64,000 nt of DNA from Eubacteriales bacterium. GTDB lineage: Bacteria > Bacillota > Clostridia > Oscillospirales > QAKW01. The notes beneath the pieces were generated by a model. It ran no database searches. It saw only the letters and a program-made list of their open reading frames with translations, and was not told the origin of the DNA. Made by a program: the position numbers and the translations under genes. Positions 17,753 to 26,000 of the stretch are shown in pieces. Every line of letters starts with the position of its first letter. Position 1 is the stretch's first letter. Location of the stretch: positions 714 to 64,713 of the forward strand of contig JAZKZG010000028.1 of NCBI GenBank assembly GCA_045612565.1, read 5' to 3'.

Positions 17753-19603
17753 TTAGTTGCCGTATTTCATTGCTGTTGCAAGATCTTTGGCCGCCTGGTT
17801 TGCATATTTTGTAGCCTCTGTTACTACGTTGTATGCTGCATTACCCTTGATAGCCTCACCCATATTACCATAGCATCCAACAATACCTGTTGCTGAATAA
17901 ACTGAATGCTGTGTTACAAAGTCGAAGTACTGTTTACGCTGTTTGTAGTTGAAGTTGTAGTACTCGAATGTGTTAAGGTTATCGAAGTATGTCTCGGTAA
18001 ATCTGGTTGCCCAGAGTTCCATAAACTTGAGTGCATACGGCTCGTTATCGGGTTTGATTGTCTTTCTGGGAAGGAGCATACCGAAGCCGTAGTACTGACA
18101 GGTTTCTTTACCTGTTTCGGTGTTTGCCTTGGGGAAGGGAACCCAGTTGATCTGGATATGTTTTGAATACTCTGTATCACGGTAAACCTGTGTATACATT
18201 GTTGCTGACATAAGTGTTGTACCAAGGTAAAGACCGATGTGTTCTTTCTGACCGCCGGCTGCTGTATTTGACCATACACCCGATGCCGAGAAGTTACACT
18301 GCTGGTTAACATTTGCTACAAATTCCCAAGCTGCAAGAACCTGAGGATCATTGTAGTTGTTCTGGATTGTAGGAGTTTTTGCGTCGTTTACAATCTCAAG
18401 ACCTGCTTTTCCGTTTGTTGTGTCCCATGTATAGAATGCGTTACCAAAGAAGCAAGTCCAGGTTACGAGTTCATTACCGTCTTTTGTTGTTTTGGGAGCT
18501 GAGAGTGTGTACTTTTTAAAGCTATCCCAATCCCATTTACCTTTTTCCCACATAATGTGCGGGTCTGAAAGTCCGAGTTCCTGGTTAAGAGTCTGGTTAT
18601 ACCAGAGCATATCAACAACACCGATAGGTGCGATAAGACGGAGTGTGTTACCCCATTTACACATATCCATTGTTGTTTTACAAACACCTGGTGATGAACC
18701 GAGGTTGTTGATGTTAACGAGTGAGGTGATTGATTTTGAAATACAAAGCGCCTCGGGAGCGAGGGTTACGTGGTTTGAATAGATAACGTCACACTGCTTA
18801 CCTGCGTTCATATACTGAAGTACAGCGTTGATTGATGCCTCGTGTTTTTTAACCTGATATTTGATATCAAGACCAATTTCGTCTTTAAGATCTTTAAACC
18901 ACTGCCACTCTGTGATGGTTTCACCTTTTTTGTTACGGTATGACCATGCAGCAAATGTATCCGCTGTAAAGAACTGAAGTTTCACACCGCGGAGGTCTGA
19001 AATTTTTGTACCTGCGCGAACAAATCCTGTTTCGTTGATATCAAAAGAGGGAAGCGCTTCTTTGTTTACCTGACGGTCGCGGTTAATAAGCGGGTTTTGG
19101 TCAAAATTGTATTTTGACTGTTCTGTAGCAAAACGCTCAGATTTTTCAAGACCCTGCTCTTCGTCCGGGATAAAGCCGTTATCGTTGGTAACGGCACCAA
19201 GGATACGGTCTTCGTCGTCGGTTTCATGGTTACCTGTCTGAAGAATTTCACCGTTTTCGCCCTCAACGTAAGAACCTGCATCTTCACCCTTGTGCTCACC
19301 TTTTTCGATTGCTTCCTGTTTGTCCTGAGCAGTAGGATTTTTCTGGGTGTCTTTGTTTTCGTCTTTTTTGTTTTCGTCTTTTTTGTTGTTTTCTTTTTTA
19401 CCGTCGTCTTTCTCGTCTTTGGCGCCCTCATCTTTTGGGTCGTCTTTTTCGTCTTCGTCGGCGCTGTTTTCACTGTTACCTTCGTCTTCGGTATCAATTA
19501 CAGCTTCTTCGTCATCAGTTTCCTGTTTTTTACAAGATACCGACATTGTGCCGAGCATTAAAAGAATGAGAAAAACCGCAAGTAATCTGCTTATTTTTTT
19601 CAT
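17753..19603 (-). CDS. orphan solute-binding-protein-like lipoprotein, paralog B
   Basis: 616 aa, collinear with paralog A and identical over long stretches (for example SSPGVCKTTMDMCKWGNTLRLIAPIGVVDMLWYNQTLNQELGLSDPHIMWEKGKWDWDSFK). Confidence 0.7.
   Translation of the reverse strand: MKKISRLLAVFLILLMLGTMSVSCKKQETDDEEAVIDTEDEGNSENSADEDEKDDPKDEGAKDEKDDGKKENNKKDENKKDENKDTQKNPTAQDKQEAIEKGEHKGEDAGSYVEGENGEILQTGNHETDDEDRILGAVTNDNGFIPDEEQGLEKSERFATEQSKYNFDQNPLINRDRQVNKEALPSFDINETGFVRAGTKISDLRGVKLQFFTADTFAAWSYRNKKGETITEWQWFKDLKDEIGLDIKYQVKKHEASINAVLQYMNAGKQCDVIYSNHVTLAPEALCISKSITSLVNINNLGSSPGVCKTTMDMCKWGNTLRLIAPIGVVDMLWYNQTLNQELGLSDPHIMWEKGKWDWDSFKKYTLSAPKTTKDGNELVTWTCFFGNAFYTWDTTNGKAGLEIVNDAKTPTIQNNYNDPQVLAAWEFVANVNQQCNFSASGVWSNTAAGGQKEHIGLYLGTTLMSATMYTQVYRDTEYSKHIQINWVPFPKANTETGKETCQYYGFGMLLPRKTIKPDNEPYALKFMELWATRFTETYFDNLNTFEYYNFNYKQRKQYFDFVTQHSVYSATGIVGCYGNMGEAIKGNAAYNVVTEATKYANQAAKDLATAMKYGN
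19356..19385 (-). repeat. same 15-bp tandem repeat, 2 copies
   Basis: TTTTCGTCTTTTTTG at 19356-19370 and 19371-19385. Confidence 0.9.
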
Positions 19604-19634
19604 AAAAAACTCTCTCCTTTTTATTAATATATAG

Positions 19635-19671
19635 ATATGTTGATTATATAATTTTTCAACATATATTTCAA
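19635..19671 (-). promoter_or_regulatory. sigma-A promoter of paralog B with a 9-bp inverted repeat spanning the -10
   Basis: Reverse strand: TTGAAA (19666-19671), a 17-nt spacer, TATAAT (19643-19648). The inverted repeat is ATATGTTGA (19635-19643) / TCAACATAT (19656-19664). Confidence 0.55.
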
Positions 19672-19811
19672 CCGTTATTCTCTATTTTGTCGTGTTAACC
19701 AAACAAAACCGCAATTATTTGGTTAAATTGCGTATTATAAATGAATATCCGGTCATCGTTCATTTATATATGTTTTTAAAGACGCAAAATGTTTCACTTT
19801 TTAAAAAATTT

Positions 19812-20291
19812 TTATTTATGATAAGCCCTGTCGGTGCGTATCATATACGCCCTGTACAGTTGTTCAAGCAACATTCCTCGTGCAAGTTGGTGGGGGAAAG
19901 TCATTTTTGACATCGAAAGACGCATATCGCACATTTTTTTGACATCATCGTTAATTCCGTGTGACGACCCGATAAACAACGTAACTCTGCCGCGGTCTAA
20001 AAACCCGCGCTCGAGGTGTTTTGAAAACTTTTCGCTGTCATACTGCTCACCCTCGATGCAAAGTGCAATTTTAAATGAAGTCGCATCACAAGCCGACATC
20101 ATAGCACGACCCTCGGCATCAAGTGCGCGTTTTATATCGGCATCTGCGGGGTTGTTGGGCAACTTAAACTCGCCGAGTTCGGTTATGTTTATTTTACAAA
20201 AGCGTGTAAGTCGCTTTTGATATTCGGCACACAAGTCTTTTAAATATTTTTCTTTAAGAGTACCGACACAGATTATATCAAGCCTTTCCAT
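19812..20291 (-). CDS. rlmH: 23S rRNA (pseudouridine1915-N3)-methyltransferase
   Basis: 159 aa SPOUT protein. IICVGTLKEKYL...LFIGSSHGI...LSMSKMTFPHQLARGMLLEQLYRAY is canonical RlmH. Confidence 0.9.
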   Translation of the reverse strand: MERLDIICVGTLKEKYLKDLCAEYQKRLTRFCKINITELGEFKLPNNPADADIKRALDAEGRAMMSACDATSFKIALCIEGEQYDSEKFSKHLERGFLDRGRVTLFIGSSHGINDDVKKMCDMRLSMSKMTFPHQLARGMLLEQLYRAYMIRTDRAYHK

Positions 20292-20820
20292 TCAATAACC
20301 TTTCTGCCTTTAAAATAGCAATCTGACTTTTACCATCGGCAATACTGCCGTCAAGCACCTGTGAAACCGCTTGTTCGAGCGGCATTTTTACTATATCCAG
20401 AAATTCACCCTCGTCAAGTTGCTGACCTACGTATTCAAGGCCAGTCGCAAGGTAAATATATGTAATTTCTGAATCGTATGCGGGAGTCGGCGCAAAACTG
20501 CCCAGAGGCACGATGTTTTTTGCTACAAATCCGAGTTCTTCTCTGAGTTCACGTACTGCGCACTCTTTCGGGTCTTCGTCTTTTTCTAATTTTCCTGCAC
20601 AAATCTCGGTGAACACCTGCGATACCCCGCATCTGTACTGTCTTACAAGCGTTACGTTTCCGTCACTGTCAACAGGCAATATACCTGCTCCGCCTGTATG
20701 AAGTACGAGTTCACGCAAAGCATTTCTTTTGTCGAGTAGCTCAACCGTATCACGTGCAACGGTAAAAATTTTTCCTTCAAATATAATATCACGTTGTAAT
20801 TGTTTTTCAAACAGTTCCAC
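20278..20820 (-). CDS. NUDIX hydrolase (ADP-ribose pyrophosphatase-like)
   Basis: 180 aa with Nudix box GKLEKDEDPKECAVRELREELG. Confidence 0.85.
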   Translation of the reverse strand: MELFEKQLQRDIIFEGKIFTVARDTVELLDKRNALRELVLHTGGAGILPVDSDGNVTLVRQYRCGVSQVFTEICAGKLEKDEDPKECAVRELREELGFVAKNIVPLGSFAPTPAYDSEITYIYLATGLEYVGQQLDEGEFLDIVKMPLEQAVSQVLDGSIADGKSQIAILKAERLLNGKA

Positions 20821-20821
20821 T

Positions 20822-21181
20822 TTATATACCCTCTCGCACTTTTAAAAACTCAACAAACTGACGCACCTCTTCGAGCAGACTGTCAGGCACCTCGTCAGTT
20901 TCAAAAAGTGCAAATTTTAGTTGTGAGTCCGATATTTTTTTAGGTTGCGTCTGGGCGTATCCTATGCCGAGCAGTTCTGCCTCGGTTATTCCCATCACAT
21001 TTGCAAGTTTTGATACTGTTGTTGACGTGAGGTTAACCGCTCTGCCTGTTCGCACATCAAAACCTCTCTCTATACTGTCGATATGTGTGTGACTCATCGA
21101 ACACAATTCGCCAAATGCCCTTAGAGATAATCCTTTTTTTAATCGATATGCTTTTACATACTCGCCTATTTTGTTTTTCAT
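20822..21181 (-). CDS. XRE-family HTH transcriptional regulator (CI-like)
   Basis: MKNKIGEYVKAYRLKKGLSLRAFGELCSMSHTHIDSIERG. I prefer ATG (complement 21179-21181), 8 nt after GGGTGA, over the GTG at 21190. Confidence 0.8.
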   Translation of the reverse strand: MKNKIGEYVKAYRLKKGLSLRAFGELCSMSHTHIDSIERGFDVRTGRAVNLTSTTVSKLANVMGITEAELLGIGYAQTQPKKISDSQLKFALFETDEVPDSLLEEVRQFVEFLKVREGI

Positions 21182-21219
21182 TTTAATCACCCTAATTTAT
21201 TGTAATATAAAGACAACTG

Positions 21220-21252
21220 TTTGTCAACTTTTTGTTGTTTATAGTTGACAAA
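21220..21252. promoter_or_regulatory. 9-bp inverted repeat operator embedded in divergent promoters
   Basis: TTTGTCAAC (21220-21228) and GTTGACAAA (21244-21252). Each arm supplies a TTGACA -35. The + strand has TTGACA-N17-TACACT and the - strand has TTGACA-N17-TACAAT. Confidence 0.6.
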
Positions 21253-21303
21253 TTAATTTCAATGGTGTACACTATAAACAACAATAAATCGGAGGTGTGG
21301 AAA

Positions 21304-21768
21304 ATGAAAACAACAAAATACGTATGTGCCGCCTGTGGCAAAGAGTTTGAAAACAGCATCACCTTAAAAACCGATGTGGGCGAATATACAGGTTGCCCAC
21401 ACTGCGGATGCTGGGATTATAACAAACAACGCGACACGACTGTTTCAAAAAAAGTGTTAAGACAGTATGTTCATCTTGTTCGCGAAACAAACCAGATGGA
21501 AAATCAGTTGCAGGAACTTGAGTCAAAAGGTGAGTGTGACACTGCTCTTTATGAAATGTATCAAAATAACAGGTTACGGTGCATGGCACTGACGTTAAAA
21601 ATCCAATCATTTATATTTGATATTGATGATTCTTTGCTTCGTCAGATTTTTGACGCGCGATACATAAAGGGAATGACCTGGGCGGCAATCTCAACACGGC
21701 TCGGCGGATATTACACGACAGATTACATCAGAATTTTACACGACAGATTCCTTAAATCCCCAAAATAA
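21304..21768 (+). CDS. zinc-ribbon protein with C-terminal sigma-region-4-like HTH (phage-type regulator-like)
   Basis: MKTTKYVCAACGKEF...CPHCGC is a CxxC...CxxC pattern. The C-terminus LLRQIFDARYIKGMTWAAISTRLGGYYTTDYIRILHDRFLK resembles small phage sigma-like/ArpU-RinA-type activators. RBS GGAGGTG precedes ATG 21304. Confidence 0.55.
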   Translation: MKTTKYVCAACGKEFENSITLKTDVGEYTGCPHCGCWDYNKQRDTTVSKKVLRQYVHLVRETNQMENQLQELESKGECDTALYEMYQNNRLRCMALTLKIQSFIFDIDDSLLRQIFDARYIKGMTWAAISTRLGGYYTTDYIRILHDRFLKSPK

Positions 21769-21838
21769 CATCATACTTGAAACAGTCGCTGTTTTGTGAT
21801 ATACTTATAACAATTACATCCGAAAGGAAACTAAAAAT

Positions 21839-22933
21839 ATGAAAAAATATGATTATGTCATTGTCGGCAGCGGACTGTTTGGCAGTGTGTTTGCATACCT
21901 TGCAGGGCAAGACGGCAAAAAATGTCTTGTAATTGAAAAGCGTGAGCATACAGGAGGTAATGTCTACTGCGAAAACATAGAGGGCATTACCGTTCACAAG
22001 TACGGCGCACATATCTTTCACACTTTTGACAAAGAGGTGTGGCAGTTTGTAAACTCACTTTGTGAATTCAATCGTTATACGAACTCACCTGTTGCATATT
22101 ATAAGGGACAGATGTACAATATGCCCTTTAATATGAACACTTTTTCAAAAATGTGGGGTGTTCGCACACCGGCAGAAGCCAAAAAGATGATTGAAAAACA
22201 ACGCAAAGAAATTAAAGGCGAACCCAAAAACCTTGAGGAACAGGCAATATCACTCGTTGGACGTGATATTTACGAGGCTCTTGTAAAAGGTTATACCGAA
22301 AAGCAGTGGGGAAGACCGTGTACAGAACTTCCTGCTTTTATTATCAGAAGACTGCCTGTTCGCTTTATTTATGACAACAACTATTTTAATGATCCATATC
22401 AAGGTATACCGATCGGCGGCTACAATGTGCTTATTGACAAACTTCTTGAAAAAGCTGATGTTATTACAGGCGTTGACTTTTTAGAGGAACGTGAGAAATA
22501 CACAGCTATGGGTGAAAAGCTTGTTTATACCGGCACAATCGACTCATACTTTGACTACAAGTACGGCGCTCTTGAATACAGAAGTGTGCGTTTTGACACA
22601 AAACTGCTTGATACCGACAATTATCAGGGAGTTGCGGTTGTAAACTATACTGATGTCAAGCCGTCATACACACGCATCATAGAACACAAACACTTTGAGT
22701 TTGGTACACAGGAAAAAACTGTTATTTCAAAAGAGTACCCTGCCAAATGGCGCAAGGGTATGGAACCGTATTACCCTGTAAACAACGATAAAAACCACGA
22801 AAAATATCAAAAATACCGCGCTCTTGCCGAGGGAGAAAATGTAATCTTCGGCGGTCGTCTTGCAGAGTATAAATACTATGATATGGACAAGGTAATACGC
22901 TCGGCTCTCGACTCTTACAAAGAAAACGCTTAA
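21839..22933 (+). CDS. glf: UDP-galactopyranose mutase
   Basis: 364 aa with FAD motif YDYVIVGSGLFGSVFA and canonical Glf blocks (HKYGAHIFHT, YTEKQWG, GGRLAEYKYYDMD). Confidence 0.95.
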   Translation: MKKYDYVIVGSGLFGSVFAYLAGQDGKKCLVIEKREHTGGNVYCENIEGITVHKYGAHIFHTFDKEVWQFVNSLCEFNRYTNSPVAYYKGQMYNMPFNMNTFSKMWGVRTPAEAKKMIEKQRKEIKGEPKNLEEQAISLVGRDIYEALVKGYTEKQWGRPCTELPAFIIRRLPVRFIYDNNYFNDPYQGIPIGGYNVLIDKLLEKADVITGVDFLEEREKYTAMGEKLVYTGTIDSYFDYKYGALEYRSVRFDTKLLDTDNYQGVAVVNYTDVKPSYTRIIEHKHFEFGTQEKTVISKEYPAKWRKGMEPYYPVNNDKNHEKYQKYRALAEGENVIFGGRLAEYKYYDMDKVIRSALDSYKENA

Positions 22934-22945
22934 TTATTTCTAACA

Positions 22946-23013
22946 AAAAGACACTTTCATATTGAAAGTGTCTTTTTAATATAACCGAGGCACACTCATT
23001 GGAGTGTGCCTCT
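22946..23013. terminator. pair of hairpins terminating the convergent glf and SLH-protein genes
   Basis: AAGACACTTTCA-tat-TGAAAGTGTCTT (22948-22975) flanked by A/T runs, then GAGGCACACTC-att-GAGTGTGCCTC (22988-23012). Confidence 0.75.
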
Positions 23014-23024
23014 TATTATTGATA

Positions 23025-26000
23025 TTATTTTGCCATAAATGAATTATGGAGTGTATAAAGGATCTGTGATGCCTGTTCACGTGTTGCAGTATCGCGAGGA
23101 CCGAATGCACCTGTTGTGTGGCCGTTAATGATATCGGCTTTCTGACAAGCTGCAACTGCAGTTTTTGCGTAACCTGCAATGCTTGAAGCATCGTTAAATG
23201 TAACTGCTGCTTCTTTCTCGGTAAGAGTTATGTTCATAAACTTAGCGAAGTTTACAACCATTACACAAAGATCCTGACGGCTGATGTTCTTGTTAGGTTC
23301 AAAGGTTGTAGCCGATGTACCCGAAACAATGGCGTTATCATTTGCCCATTTAACAGCTGCTGCATAGTACTTGCCCTTTGCAACGTCGCTGAATTTGGTT
23401 GCTGCTGCTTTGTTTGCAGCATCGTCTGTTTTAACACCTGCCATACGAGCAAGAATTGTAACAAACATACCGCGGGTAACTGATTTGCCAACACCAAACT
23501 CTGTTTTGGTAACACCGCTTACAAAACCATAAGTTGTTACATAGTCAACAGCCTCTTTGTACCATGCCGACTTAACATCCTTGAATGTCTTTGAAGAATC
23601 GTTAGCTGTGAAGGGGAGTTTTGTGCCTTCTGCAGTAATCTTATTCTCTTTACCGCAAATTTCACAAGTTGCTGTTTGTGTACCGTCCTGTGTTGTTGTG
23701 GCATCCTTATTATACACATACTCGCCCCATACGTGATATTTATCACTTGAGGGGAAGTTTGCGTCTGCAACAGTGTTGGTTGCACGGCAACCATCTACTG
23801 TACACATAGCGGTTTTTGTACCGTTCTTTTCACATGTTGCTGTACCGTCGTAGGTATATTCGCCCCATGTATGAGCAACTGTTGATTTGAGATGCTCAGC
23901 ACTTACCTGTGTCTGAGATGCTCCGCAACCGTCTGCGCAAGTTCGTGTTTCTGAACCGTCTTTGCAACATGTTGCATCGTTGTTATATACCCACTCGCCC
24001 CAGTTATGAACGGTTTTGTTCATCGGATAGAGTTTTGAATTTTCTTTTGTGCTTTCAGTACCGCACCAGATACATTTACCTGTTTCGGTACCAACCTTTG
24101 AACAGGTTGCATCGTTGTTTGAAACATAAGTATCAACCTGGCAATCAACCATTGATTTGGGCTTTTCCACAACGGTTGTTGCATTACAACCTTTGTTTGA
24201 ACATGTTAATACCTGTGTACCGTTTTGCTGACATGTTGCGTCATTGTTATAAGTACCCGAAAGCGGCCATTTATGCTCAGTACAATCAGAAGCACCTGTC
24301 ATCTTAACTGTGTAAACCTGAGGATACTCTTCGCCCTCGAAAACATATGTGTATTTATAATAGTAAGATTTATTCTTGTCTACACCGCCAACGCTCTTAA
24401 GAGTAATTGTTGAAGGATCAAGCTGTTTTGTGCTGTTTTTGGTTGTTGCCCAATAACCTTTTGCTTCGCCGTCTGCAAATATAATCTCGATATCTGCAAG
24501 TGTACCGCCGTCAAAGATACGTGCAGTTACATTAAAGCCTTCAACCACAACGTCTCTTACTTTATCGGTTGTTGATTTTATTTCGATTGGTAACACATCT
24601 TCGCTTGATACTGTCTTTGCATAGTCAAAGTAGTATTTCTCGTTACCAAAAGCTTCTGTATAGATACCTGTAAGACCTGTTGTTGTATGTGCATCGTCTT
24701 TATCTGATACAAAAGTATTTTTCATCTTGGGATTGTTTGTCTCAAGACCGATATCAAATTCTGCGTCATTTTTATCGAAACCTACAAACCAGTTATCACT
24801 AACGTCACAGTTGCCGATAATCAAAAGATCTGCTTCTTTATAATAATCGTTCTTGAGTGATTTATTCTTTTCAATAAATCCTTTTTTCTTAGCGTTTGCA
24901 CCTGTCTGGAACGCTTTATTACCTTTTACTTCAAGTGATGAAACCATTGTTGATGATAAAGTAATATAGTATTTTGCAGTACCTGATGCAGATGATACAG
25001 CGTTGCAGAAGATGTTGTTATTAATAGTAACATCATAATTTTCGCCTGCTACGAGTCTGTATTTTTCGCCGCTGCCTCTGGGACCCTCAATAACTACAGG
25101 TGTAAGGTCGCTGTTTGCGTTACCGTTTCTGATATTTGAATTTATAAGTGTAAAGGAGCCATCCAAAACCGCCGCGCCGGTCTTGAAGTAACCTATTGTA
25201 TTATCTGCAGTTTCACCAAGTGATGCAAAGTCCATATAAAGACCGTCAATTGTAAGGTTTGCAGGAACAAAGTCGTTGAACAAACGAACAGCGTTTCTCA
25301 TATCTTTTACACAAGAATTCTTTAATGTAAATGAATCTGCATAGTTTTTATTGAAGTCTTCGTATTCAATTGACATATACTGATTTTCAATAAACTCAAT
25401 CTGTGAGTTATTTGAGTTTACTGAACGTTTGTTGATAAGATTGATTACTCTGTCAACGGTAGAAGTACCGATTTCATTTTTGATAAGACCTGCGTCTCTT
25501 TCGTCTTCAACTTTGTTCTTTCTGATGTGATAGATAACACTGTTGTTAACTGTGATGTCGAGGTTGTCGTATGCAATACCGTCTTTACCCATTGTTCTGA
25601 GTGTATCGTTGATCTGACCGCGGACTGTCATACCATCGAGGTATATTTCACCCTCAAGACCGTCTGCAAAATAAATTGTTTCAAACGATGTGTCTGCGTA
25701 CATACCCCATCTGCTGTCATATACCCAATCGTCACCTGATTCGCTTGTCGATTGTGATTTGTCAACAGGGTTGATACCTGCGTTAGTACCGTAGTAATTT
25801 GCAGGATAATCAAAAACGTATTTGCCGTATTCACCCGAGGGGAGAAGGATATTAGGCATATCAACACCTGTCATTTGTGTTCTGAGCATTGACATTGTGT
25901 CGAATACGAGTAAATTATCTACCTTAAATCTATAATAGGTCTCTCCAAGGAAGCCGTAACCGTAATAGTTGCCGTCATCTTCGAGTTCGCTCTCGATAAC

